A stretch of 64,000 bases of DNA from Mobula birostris. Lineage: Eukaryota. Position numbers and translations under genes: made by a program. The notes under the pieces were generated by a model. The model worked only from the letters and a program-made list of their open reading frames with translations. It ran no database searches and was not told the origin of the DNA. The stretch covers positions 125,018,221-125,082,220 of the forward strand of contig NC_092370.1 in NCBI RefSeq assembly GCF_030028105.1. Direction: 5' to 3'. Positions 26,125-37,757 of the stretch are shown here, piece after piece; position 1 is the stretch's first letter; each line of letters opens with the position of its first letter.

Positions 26125-26305
26125 GCATATGGAAAAGAGTAAACAGTCAATGTTTCAAGCTGAGACCCTTCATTGAGTCCTGATGAAGAGTCTCGGGCCG
26201 AAACGTCAGCTGTTTACTCTGTACCATAGATGCTGCCTGGCCTGCTAAGTTCCTCCAGCAATTTGTGTTGCTTTGGATTTCCAGTATCTGCAGGTTTTCT
26301 TGTGT
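26125..26305. mobile_element. Palindromic Penelope pLTR junction
   Basis: 26129-26173 is the reverse complement of 26183-26227. Plus-strand core CTGATGA at 26180-26186 and GAAACGTC at 26200-26207. Confidence 0.85.
26176..26211 (+). ncRNA. Minimal type-I hammerhead ribozyme motif (Penelope pLTR)
   Basis: AGTC CTGATGA AGAGTCTCGGGCC GAAACGTC AGCT. Core is intact, stems are partly decayed. Palindromic ACGT stem III is typical of PLE minimal hammerheads. Confidence 0.7.
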
Positions 26306-26459
26306 TTGTGACAGCTGCAAATTACATCCCCACTGAAGAAGGAATAGATACCACCCTGAGCAACAGGTAGTTTTACTCCCTGTGGCCACTGATCATTGCT
26401 GTAGGTTAAAACTGGTCTCATTTTTTTCCCTTATACTTACGTTCATCACTTTTACAGAA

Positions 26460-27250
26460 TGACGAACAGTATAACGTACAAACAGGTACTTCTGCTCACA
26501 TGTCTGTGCCAGCATAATGCCAAATTAAACACATCCTTTCTGACTGTATATAATCCATATCCCTCTGTCCCCTAAGTACTCTTATGTCTATCTAAAAAGC
26601 TTCCTAAACAACATTATCATATCTGCCTCCTCCTCCAGTAGCAAGTTCCAGGCATCTACCACTCTGCCCAAAAATAAAACAAAACTTGCCCCAGCCAGTC
26701 CCTTTGAGCTTTCCTCTTTCACCTTAAAGCCATGCCCTCTTGTATTTAAAACAGTACAGCATCGGAAAAGGCCCTTTGGTCCAGGATGTTATGTTGAACT
26801 AATTAAATTAGCAATTAAACACCTAACTATACCAGTCGTTTCTGCCTACAGAATGCCCATATCCCTCCATTCCCTGCTTTTTCACGTGCCTATCTAAGAT
26901 CCTCTTAAATACTCGTGTGATATTCGGCACCAGCACATACCAGACACATTCATTTCAAGGGTGGATCATTTTCTATCAGATTCTATAATCCGTCGTCCTT
27001 TGTTGCCTCCACCTTTCACCTCCCAGTCTCTGTCACTATTTCCACTTTTCCTTCCTCCATCTGTCCATCACCTGAAACCCTACCCCCACCTGTACCTGTG
27101 CAGTGCATTCCAGACACCCACCACTCTATGGGGGAAAAAAAGAGAAGAAAATAATGCCACACACATCTCCTTTAAACTTAGCCCCTCTCACCTCAAATGT
27201 GTGCCCTCTAGCATTAGAGATTTCAACTGTGAGAAAAAGGATACTGCCTG
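26460..27250 (-). mobile_element. Cluster of CR1 3'-end fragments
   Basis: Three repeats of the reverse CR1 tail (CATATCCCTC, CACCTTAAAGCCATGCCCTCT, CCAGACACCCACCACTCT). Confidence 0.7.
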
Positions 27251-27726
27251 TCAAGTTACATGCAGTGGATATTTATTAGATGGACGTATAGGAAGAGACA
27301 GGTCTAATCTAACTTTAATGATTGCTTCTCATGGCTACTCACAGTACAGTAAAGCTGTGCCAGAAGGCTGCAAATCTTTCACAAATTTAAGATTTTGCAG
27401 AGATATACGTGAAAGTCATGGCATATTGTATTCACAGCAACTTCATGACAGAACAGTTTTATTTCAGAAACAATCTACTTTGAATGCCCTTATCTATCCA
27501 GTTGGCTGTGTTATAAAAGGAATGAAATGATTTGCAGGTTGCAACAATCAACAGTTCATTCTTCAAAGAGAAGCAAGCTTAAAGTTGTTAGAGAACTATA
27601 CTGTAAGTGATGAGCTCTTTGAACTCCAAAGTGTCAAAGTCACGCCACTGACTGAATGGAAGTAGAAGCAGGAGCTGATTCATTATGAAATTTCTTGTTC
27701 ACATGAAGCTCACAAAGTAGACAGTA

Positions 27727-28398
27727 TAGATTAGATTATGAGGACACTCAGTCCTCATTTATTGTTATTTAGATATGCATGCATTAAAAAATGATACACT
27801 GTTCCTCCAGAATGATATCACAAGAAACACAGGACAAACCAAGACTAAAACTGACAAAACCACATAATTATAACATATAGTTACAACAGTGCAAAGCAAT
27901 ACCGTAATTTGATGGAGAGCAGACCATGGGCACGGTAAAAAAAAAGTCTCAAAGTCCCGATAGACTCATCATCTCATGCAGACGGTAGAAGGGAGGAACT
28001 CTCCCTGCTATGAACCTCCAAGCGCCGCAAACTTGCCGATGCAGCACCATTGGAAGCACCCGACCGCAGCAGACTCTGAGTTAATGCAAAAACTTCGAGC
28101 CTCCGGCCAGCCCTTTGACACTAAGCACCGAGCACCATCCTTTGCTGAGCTCTTCGACCGCATCCCGGCCGCTGAGCAACGAGTAAAGCCGAGGACTCGG
28201 GACCTTCCCTCCGGAGATTCTGGACCACACAGTAGCAGCAGCAGCAAAGCAGGCATTTCAGAAGTTTCACCAGATGTTCCTCCGTGCTCTCACGTCTGTC
28301 TCCATCAAATCAGGATTGTGCACGGCACCCTACTTGACAAATAAAAGCCATCACCACCGGAGTGGCCGCTGTGAGCTGCGTCACGTCATCTTCTCCTC
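27727..28398 (-). mobile_element. CpG-rich non-autonomous LINE-derived element (bipartite-like)
   Basis: Minus 5' end GAGGAGAAGATGACGTGACGCAGC (AAGATGGCG-like). 3' end AATAAATGAGGACTGAGTGTCCTCATAATCTAATCTA with a tandem tail. No coding capacity. Confidence 0.6.
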
Positions 28399-28639
28399 TT
28401 GTATTTACATGGTAAATTTACTATGTAAATACAATGATATATACAGCAATGAGTGCGAAAACAACAGATCAGTGCAAATTGTAGTAGTGCAAACTAAAGT
28501 ACTACAAGGAGAAATGTGAATGTGGCAGCACCACCGGGAAGGGGATGTGAAAGAGGTGATTGATTCTGAAGTCTGACAAGAGTGGGAAGAGGCTGTTCTT
28601 GAGTGTATAACAGTAACTTCAGTCAAATAATCTGAAATA

Positions 28640-29390
28640 AGCTGAAGAAGTATCTTGGGTCAAAACATCAACGGTTTACCCTTCCATAGATGCTGCCTGA
28701 CCAGCTGAGTTCCTCCCGCAGTTTGTGTATGTTATTTTGGATTTCCAGCATCTGCAGAATTTCTTGTGTTTATAATCTCCTCTATTATTGGTCTTTGACT
28801 ATTGTTGAATTTATCATTTCATGAGTATTGCTGCAAATATTCTGTCATTTGTCTCATTGTTGTCTTTGTGTTGAGTCTGCCTGTGACTGCATTTGTTTTC
28901 GCCGGGTGCTCTGGTTTCATCTCAAGACTGTGCTGGAAGGTTGGCAACTGCAGATGCTGGGATTTGCAGCAACAAGCAAACTGCTAGAGGAACTCCGCAG
29001 GTGGGGCAGCATCTGTAGAGGGAAATGGACAGTCACTGTTTTGGGTTGAAGCTCTTCATCCGGACTGAAAGAGTAAAAAGAGATAACCTGTATAAAGAAG
29101 TGAAAGGAAGGTGGGAACAAGAGCTGACAAAGCACAGGTGAGTGCAGAAAAGGAGAATTAATAAACAGGTGGAGGAGGGAAAGGTAGAAATGGCAACAGA
29201 GGTTGGGGGGGTGATAGATGGATGCAACAAAAGGCCTACAGATAACGAAATTGGTGAGGAAAGGAAATAAAGATGTCCCTTATTTGGTTCCATACTCCTC
29301 CCTTGAAATGAAGGATCTTGGCCCAAAACATCAACTATACATTTCCTTCTACCTGTCCTGCTGAGTTCCTCCAGCAGTTTGTTTTCTGTG
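28640..29390. mobile_element. Penelope-like pLTR pieces (plus 28640-28775; minus 28940-29280 with inverted end to 29390)
   Basis: GATGCTGCCTGACCAGCTGAGTTCCTCC and its reverse complement; decayed hammerhead at 29031-29070. Confidence 0.7.
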
Positions 29391-30835
29391 GTACAAGGTT
29401 ATTTTACTTATGTAAATAACCCCATAATGTTGGAAACTGCTGAGCCTTTCATAGATGATGTTACAGAGTAGAGAGAAAGGGGAATGAGATTGATAAGTTC
29501 CTCTGCTGAGAAATAGCATGATCTATTGGACCAACTGGCCACCTTTCCTGTGATACATCTCTTGTTTCCAGAACTATTTTGATTCCAACCAGGATAAGTG
29601 GCTAACTATCCACAACCCTCTTAGGTTGTTCCTATGATTCACACACCTTTGACCGAAGAACTTTCTCTTCATCTTGGTTCAAAGCAACTGCAGCCTTTAT
29701 CCTAAGTTTGGGCCAATGAGATCTAGATTCCAGCCAGTGGAAGCAACCACTTGGCTCGTAAACAGTGTCAGATACCCTTGGCTTTACCCTGATTTTGCGA
29801 TTTTTCCCTCGTCTATAAAATATCTCAATAACATTGGCCATTATTCTTCCAAGGAATTACCTTTTCAGAACAGCAGTTTTGTCTTACGACTTGATCTGTT
29901 GGTACATTTTGTACAATAGGGGGTCACAGTCAAAGAACACACGAAGGTTCAGGAACAGGCCCCTCAGTATTTGATGCCTGTGATACCAAATTAAACTAGT
30001 TCACTTCTGCCTGCACATGATAGATATCTTTCCATTCCCTACATGTCCATGTGTCTACTGAACAGACTCATAAACACCAGTATTGTAACTGCTTCCAGCT
30101 CTATCCTTGTCAGCTTACCACGTTCTGTAAATATATTTCAATAAGTTATGTATAGCAAATCTTGCCGTAGTGCACAGCTGGTATCAGTTTAAGTAGATGG
30201 TTCAAGGCACTCCTCGATTATTCATGGCCAACTAGTGGTTCCTTTTAAGCACCTCATCCTTTAATTGCTTCATGACCCCCGTCCCTCCTTAATTCAGTCC
30301 CCTTTAGACTGAGGAAGGACAGGTAGATAATGGGGCAAAATTGCAGTCAGTGGGATGAGTTGAAGTGTAAAATGGGAGCAAAATTGAAAAGGTTGATCAA
30401 TACAGGACTGAAGGTGTTATATTTGAATTCATGCAGTCTACAGAATAAGGTAGATAACCTTATAGCACATTTAGAGATTGGCAGGTATGACATTTTGGGC
30501 ATAACTGAGTCGTCTCCTGAAATAAGTTTATAGTTAGGAACTTAACATCCAAGATACATCTTGTATCAAAAGGACAGGCAGGTAGCTGGAGGGGATGGGG
30601 TGGCTCTGTTGTTTAAAAAAAAAGGAAATCATATCCTTAGAAAGAGGTGACATAGATTCGGAAGATATAGAATCCTTGTGCATACCCTGATGGGAGTTAC
30701 ATACAGGCCTCCGAACAGTCGCCAGTTTGTGGGGTATAAATTACAATGGGAAATAGAAAAGGTATGTAAAAGGGGCAATGTCACAATGGTCATGGGGGAT
30801 TTCAATATGCAGGTAGACTGGGAAAATCAGGTTGA

Positions 30836-32032
30836 TGAATTCTGGCACTTATGCCAGAATCCTGTACATTGATTTCAGTTCAGCGTTCAATACCACCATC
30901 CTGCAGAGACTAGTGGAGAAACTGTCGCTGCTTGGCCTTAGCACTGCCATGTGTTGCTGGATTCTGGATTCCTTGACAGAGAGACCACAGTCAGTCCGTA
31001 TGGGCAGGAACATCTCTGACCCCATCACACTGAGCACTGGATCCCCACAAGGCTGTGTGCTTAGCCCATTGCTGTTTACACTGCTAACACATGACTGTGC
31101 AGCCAGATTCAAGGAGAACCTGATCATTAAATTTGCAGATGATACCACAGTGGTGGGGCTGATCAACAAAAATGATGAAACAATGTACAGGGAGGAGGTC
31201 AAACACCTAGAGAGCTGGTGCAGGGATAACAACTTGATGGTTAATGTCACCAAAACCAAGGAGATGATTGTCGATTTCAGACGGTCTCAGCCTGAGCACA
31301 CACCCCTCAGCATCAGCGGCTCCACAGTGGAGAGAGAGGAAAACATCAAGTTCCTTGGGGTGCAGATCTCGGACAATCTCACCTCGTCCGGGAACACCAC
31401 TGGGATTGTGTTACGGGCCCAGCAGAGATTGCACTTTCTGAGGAAGCTTAAACAAGCATCACTCCCCACTAACATCTTAACTACATTCTACAGAGGCGTG
31501 GTTGAGAGTGTGCTGACCTTTTGCATCACAACCTGGTACTCTAGCTGCAGTGCTGTTGACAAAAAAGCCTTGCAGAGGGTGGCTAGGGGAGCAGAGAAGG
31601 TTATTGGGGTCTCCCTACCTTCTGTCCAAGACCTCTTTCGGAGTAGATGCCTCCAGGAGACACGGTACATCATTAAAGACCCCTCACACCCTCTCCATGA
31701 GCTGTTTGTTCATCAGGCAAACGTTACAGGAGCATCAAAACTAAAACCACAAGGCTACTAAACAGCTTCCTCCCACAGGCTGTCAGACTGCTAAATAGCT
31801 GCTCTACCTGACTCTGCTTTGGACACTTTTAACTTGCACTGGACACTTATAACTTGATTTTAACTGACATGTGGCTGTTGTGTTTTACTATTTATTGTTA
31901 TGTTTATTATTTAGTGTTATGTTTGTTATGTTATGATTGCACTGCTCCTGAGAAACGCTGTCTCATTCTGCCCTGCAGAGCTGATATACGGTTAGAATGA
32001 CAATAAAGTTTTTTGAATCTTGAATCTTGAAT
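30836..32032 (+). mobile_element. Rex1/Babar LINE, 5'-truncated, RT ORF 30832-31761 open
   Basis: [45 protein letters not shown] plus (TTGAATC)3 tail. Confidence 0.93.
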
Positions 32033-33195
32033 CCCAAGAGATGGAATTTGTAGAATGCCTACAGGATGACTTTTTAGAGAACTTGTGGTTGAACCCACTA
32101 CAGGAAAGGCAACTTGGCACTGGGTGTTGTGTAATGAACCTGATTTGATGAGGGAGCTAAATGTAAAGGAAACATATGGAGACAGTGATCATAATATGAT
32201 AGACTTCACCTTGCAGTTTGAGAGGGAGAAGCTAAAGTCAGATATATCAGTATTACAGTGGAGTAAAGGGAATTGCAGAGGCCTGAGATGGGAGCTGGTC
32301 AAAGTTGATTGGAAGGGTACATTAGCACGGATGATAGCAGAACAGCTATGGCTGGATTTTCTGGGGGTAATTGGAAAGGCACAGGAAAGATACATCCCAA
32401 AGATGACGAAGTATTCTAAAGGGAGGATGAGGCAACCATGGCTGACAAGGGAAGTCAAAGACAGCATAAGAGCAAAGGAGAGGATATATAATATAGCAAA
32501 AATTAGTGAGAAGTTAGAGGCTTGGGAGCTTTTTAAAAGCCAACAGATGGCAACTAAAAAAGCCATAAGGAGAGAAAAGATGAATTATGAAGGGAAGCTA
32601 GCCAATAATATAAAAGAGGATACAAAAAGTTTTTTTCACATATATAAAGAGCAAAAGAGAAGCAAGGGTGAATATCGGACCACTGGAAAATGACGCTGGA
32701 AAGGCAGTACTGGGGGACAAAGAAATAGCAGACAAACTGAATAAGTATTTTGCACCAGCCTTCACTGTGGAAGACAGTAGAAGTATGACAGAAATTCCAG
32801 AGTGTCAAGGGCCAGAAGTGAGTGTTGTTGCTAATGACTAAGGAGAAGATGCTTGGGAAGCTGAAAGGTCCGAAGGTAGATAAAACAGTTGGACCAGAAG
32901 GACTACACCCCAATGTTCTGAAAGATGTAGCTGAAAAGATTGTGGGGCATTGATAATGATTTTTCAAGAATCACGGAATTCTGGAATGGTTCAGGAGAAT
33001 GGGAAAATTGCAGATATCACTCCATTCTTTAAGAAGGGGGAGAGACAGAAGAAAGGAAATTATAGGCCAGTTAGCCTGACTTTAGTGGTTGGGAAGATGT
33101 TGGAACCCACTATTAAGGGTGAGATTTCAGGTACTTGGAGGCACATGATAAGTCAGCCAAAATCAGCATGGGTTTCTTAAGGAGAAATCTTGCCT

Positions 33196-34120
33196 AATCA
33201 GAATCAGAATCCTTTATTATCGCCAAGTATGTGGACACATACAGGGAATTTGATGCCGGTTTCCCTGAGCTCTCGCTGTACAGAATCAAAAAGCAAACAA
33301 AACAATAGTGCAAATAATCGTGAACTATATACAATGAGGTACACCTGTGTATGTACAGGTGGACTTGGTTTATAATAGACTAAAATTCAAGTGTTCATAA
33401 GACTGATGGCATACGGAAAGAAACTGTTCTTGTACCTCTTTGGGGAGGAGGAGGATGAGAGGAGGCATGATAGAGGTGTACAAGATAATAAGAGGAATAG
33501 ATAGAGTGGATAGCCAGCGCCTCTTCCCCAGGGCACCACTGGTCAATACAAGAGGACATGGCTTTAAGGTAAGGGGTGGGAAGTTCAAGGGGGATATTAG
33601 AGGAAGGTTTTTTACTCAGAGAGTGGTTGGTATGTGGAATGCACTGCCTGAGTCAGTGGTGGAGGCAGATACACTTGTGAAGTTTAAGAGACTACTGGAC
33701 AGGTATATGGAGGAATTTAAGGTGGGGGGTTATATGGGAGGCAGGGTTTGATGGTCGGCAGAACATTGTGGGCCGAAGGGCCTGTAATGTGCTGTACTGT
33801 TCTATGTTCTATTTGTCCTGGCATACAGTGATCTAAAGCGCCTACCAAAAGGAAGGAGTTGGAACAGGTGATGTCCAGGGTGTGATGGGTCTACAATGAT
33901 GCTGCTTGCTCGCTTCCTGACTCTAGAGGCATATAAGTCCTGGATCGAGGGCAGCTTCACACCAATAATCCTTTCCGCAGCCCTGACAGTACTTTGGAGT
34001 CTATTCTTGTCTTGTTTGGTAGCAGATCCAAACCAGACAGTGATGGACGAACAGGGAACAGACTGGATTATTCCTGAATAGAATTGAATCAGCAGCTTCT
34101 GAGGCAGGTTGTACAACAGA
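33196..34120 (-). mobile_element. Rex1/Babar 3' fragment containing a plus-strand CR1 3' end (33437-33811)
   Basis: Minus peptide SSITVWFG...DPSHPGHHLFQLLPFGRR with reversed (ATTCTG)n tail. Nested CR1 peptide RGHGFKV...FFTQRVVGMWNALP. Confidence 0.88.
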
Positions 34121-34244
34121 TAAATCTGTTGGAATTCTTTGAGGAAATAATAAGCAGAATAGACAAAGGAAAGCCAGTGGATGTTCTGAAGGCCTTTGAC
34201 ATGATGTCACACATGAGCCAACTTAACAAGATAAGAGTCCATAG

Positions 34245-35065
34245 TGTCACGTACCCTGTGACGGGTTAAAGAACCAGCAGAAATGGAAAACACCTTGGAG
34301 TCCAGGATTGTTATTAACTAATGGTGTTTATTATTAATTACACAATACAGTAATATAAATGCAGATAAATCAAACAGATTAGCAACGATTATATATAAGT
34401 AAGTATATCAGTAAGTGTGGAAATATATGAAAATCAAGCTTCTTCAAGTCTAGGGATAAATAGATAGTCTTACGATGATGAGTAAAGTTCAGTTCAGTTT
34501 GTGGTATTGAGTTGAGTAGTGATGGAGAGAAAGGGGGGAGAGATTTGAGTCTTCAGGTGAGCTGACGCCGTCGATCTTCCTGTTGTCCTCCGAAATCCTT
34601 TAAAAGTCACCAACCGTGACCACAACAAAGGGGATCGTTCTTCTGTGGTGGAACTATCAACCCAGGCAAGAGTTGGACGCGCAAATAACTCCCCACCGGT
34701 CACGCCCTGTTCACACTGCAAGAGCCACTGATCGATCCTCCAAAAACCCACTTTTTCTGTGGGCACAACAAAGCCCATTAGGTGTCCAAAAACATATGTC
34801 TGAGGTCTATCATCTGACCTTCTATTTACCTCCCCGTGCTGAATACCAACTGTCACTCAAACAGCTCCTCACTTCTCTGTCTGCAAGAATTTCCAAGAAG
34901 GCGGTGTCCTTGTAGAAATGTAAATATACTGTGAGCAGTCTTCGCCTCTCAGTCTCTTAAAAACAAGATGTTGGTGTTAAATAACTCTCTCTCTGTTTTT
35001 TCAAAAGCACAGTTCATAGGGGTAATCGAGCACAGTTCATAGGAGTATTTCAGGACCCTGCCACA
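34245..35065 (-). mobile_element. Candidate solo LTR (Gypsy-like)
   Basis: TGTCAC...GCCACA termini, non-coding, minus-strand AATAAA near 34330. Interrupts CR1 at CCATAG|TATTACA. TSD is degenerate. Confidence 0.6.
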
Positions 35066-35815
35066 GTAATATTACAAGAAAGCTGCTAGCATGGATGGAG
35101 GATTGGCTGACTGGCAGGAGGCAAAGAGTGTGAATGAGGAAGGGCCCTTTCCTGGTTGGCTGCCAGTGACTAGTGGTGTTCCACAAGGGTTGTTATTGGG
35201 CCTGCTGCTTTTCAACAGATTGAATGATGGAATTGATGGCTTAGTGCAAAGATATGTGGAAGGGCAGGTAGTGTTGAAGAACCAGGAAGTCTGAAGAAGG
35301 ACTTTGACAGATTGGGAGAATGGCCAAAGTAGCTGATGGAATATAGTGCAGGGAAGTGTATGGTCATGCACTTTGGTAGAAGGAATAAAGGCATAGATTA
35401 TTTCTAAACAGGAGAGAAAGTTCAAAAATCAGAGGTGCAAAAGGACTTAGGAGTCCTTTGCAGGATTCCCTAAAGAATAATTTGCAGGTTGAGGCGGTAG
35501 TAAGGAAAGCAACTACAATGTTAGCATTCATTTCAAGAGGTACAGGATATAAATGCAAGGATGTAATGCTTAGTCTGTGTAAGGGTTTGGACAGACTGCA
35601 TGGAATTTTGAGAGCAGTTTTGGGTCGCTTATTTAAGAAAAGATGTGCTGGCATTGGAGAGGGTCCAGAGGAGGTTCACAAGAATGATTCCAGGAATGAA
35701 AGGATTATCATATGACAAGTGTTTTATGGCTCACTGGAGTTTAGAAGAATGAGGGGTGATCTCATTGAAACCTATTGAATATTGAAAGAACAAGATTGAG
35801 TGGATTTGGAGAGGA

Positions 35816-37119
35816 TGGCCTCCTCACACATCCTTAGACCACCTGGACAACACAAACACCCACATCAGGATGCTGTTCATCAACTATAGCTCAGCATTTA
35901 ACACCATCACTCCCACAGTCCTGATTGAGAAGTTACAGAACCTGGGCCACTGTACCTTCCTCGGCAGTTGGATCCTCGACTTCCTACGTGGAAGACCACA
36001 GTCTTTGAGGATTGGTGATAATATTTCCTCCTCACTGACAATCAACACTGGTGCACCTCAGGGGTGTGTGCTTAGCCCACAGCTCTACTCTGTATACCCT
36101 TGACTGTGTGGCTAGGCATAGCTCCAATATCATCTATAAATTTGCTGATGATACAACCACTGTTGGTAGAATCTCAGATGGAGACGAGAGGGCGTACGGG
36201 AGCGAGATATGCCAACTAGTGGAGTGGTGTCGCAGCAACAATCTTGCACTTAACGTCAGTAAGACAGAACAACTGATTGTGGACTTCAGGAAGGGTAAGA
36301 TGAAGAAACACATGCCAATCCTCATAGAGAGATTAAAAGTGGAGAGAGTGAGCAGTTTTAAGTTCCTGGGTGTCAAGGTCTCTGAGAACCTAATCTGGCC
36401 CCAACATATCGATGCAACTATAAAGAAGGCTAGACGGTGTCTATACTTAATTAGGAGTTTGAAGAGATTTGGTATGTCAACAAAACCACTCAAAAACTGT
36501 GGAGAGCATTCTGAGAGGCTGCGTCACCGTCTGGTATGGGGTGGAGGGGCTACTACACAGGACCAAAAGAAGTTGCAGAAGGTTGTAAATTTAGTCGGCT
36601 TCATCTTGGGTACTAGCCTACAAAGTACCCAGGACATCTTCAAGGAGCAGTGTCTCAGAAAGGTAGCGTCCATTATTAAGGACCCCCAGCACCCACCGCA
36701 TGCCACTTTCTCACTGTTAGTTTATACTTTATACTTTATTGTCACCAAACAATTGATACTAGAACGTACAATCATCACAGCGATATTTGATTCTGCGCTT
36801 CCCGCTCCCTGGATTACAAATCGATAGTAAATATTAAAATTTAAATTACAAATCATAAATAGAAAATAGAAAAATGGGATGTAAGGTAGTACAAAAAAAC
36901 TGAGAGGCAGGTCCAGATATTTGGAGGGTACAGCGCAGATCTGGGTCAGGATCCGTTCAGCAGTTTTATCACAGTTGGAAAGAAGCTGTTCCCAAATCTG
37001 GTTGCCATCAGGTAGGAGGTGCAGAAGCCTGAAGGCACACACTCAGCGATTCAGGAACAGCTTCTTCATCTCTGCCATCCAATTCCTAAATGGACATTGA
37101 ACTCGTGAACGTTGCCTCA

Positions 37120-37163
<44 letters not shown>

Positions 37164-37208
37164 TCCTATTTTTGCACAATTTTTACTTAATAAACCTGAT
37201 TCTGATGT
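35816..37208 (+). mobile_element. Rex1/Babar RT fragment with a nested minus Rex 3' end (36719-37000) and (TA)n
   Basis: [25 protein letters not shown]. Tail AATAAACCTGATTCTGATG. Nested piece starts TTTATACTTTATACTTTATT. Confidence 0.88.
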
Positions 37209-37633
37209 TTCCTATAATGGAGAAGTCTAGGATTAGAGGGCACACCCTCAGCATTGAGAGACATCCATTTAATACAGAGATGAGGAGGAATTTCTTTAGA
37301 CAGAGGGTGGTGAATCTGTGAAATTCATTTCCAGAGACGGTTGTGGAGGCCAAGCCATTTGGTATATTTAAAGCCGAGATTGATAGTTTCTTGATTACGC
37401 AGGGCATCAAGGGTTATGGGGAAAAAAGCAGGAGAGTGGGGTTGAGAGGGATAATAAATCAGCCATGATGGAAGGGTGAAGCAGATTTGATGTGCTGATT
37501 TCCTGTGTTTTATTGTCTTTAGCTGAAGCCTATCGCCTCATTGGTCTGTCAGGCACTACTCTGTCTTGATACTTGTTGCATACACTTGTTAGGGTGCATT
37601 CTCCAGATACCTTATAAGGTAATCGTAGCCTTC

Positions 37634-37757
37634 AGCCAGGAGCAGATGTCATCAGGTGGTTCCTAACCTTCACAGAGTGTTTCGACCCTTAACCACGACA
37701 CTCTCCAGTTGGTGGGCCGGCAGTGGTGGCCAAATCACTGCCCATCTGCTCCTGGCT
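37634..37757 (-). ncRNA. Hammerhead-like ribozyme fold, non-circularly permuted, in HERO 3' end
   Basis: Minus: AGCCAGGAGCAGATG GGCAGTG..CACTGCC GGCCC ACCAACTGG AGAGTGT C GTGGTT AA GGGTC GAA ACACTCT ..AACCAC CTGATGA CATCTGCTCCTGGCT. 7-bp stem III, 6-bp stem I, 5-bp stem II, GUC site, intact CUGAUGA and GAAA. Confidence 0.72.

Larger units (their letters stand above)
30300..37520 (+). mobile_element. CR1 LINE ORF2 (APE-RT) pseudogene split by four insertions
   Basis: Collinear pieces: LYLNSCSLQNKV/GITES and YRPPN...GDFN (30330-30835); SDHNMIDF, PWLTREVK, NYRPVSLT (32032-33195); NLLEFFEE (34120-34244); VTSGVPQG (35066-35815); RNFFRQRVVNL and tail (37209-37520). Confidence 0.92.

Noticed and set aside
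26961-27530. 189-aa ORF
   Set aside because: It spans pLTR and antisense CR1 debris, with no motif or splice support.
30832-31761. Host or domesticated reverse transcriptase gene (309 aa ORF)
   Set aside because: It is a 5'-truncated Rex1/Babar copy with a tandem tail inserted in a CR1; the start codon is a junction artefact.
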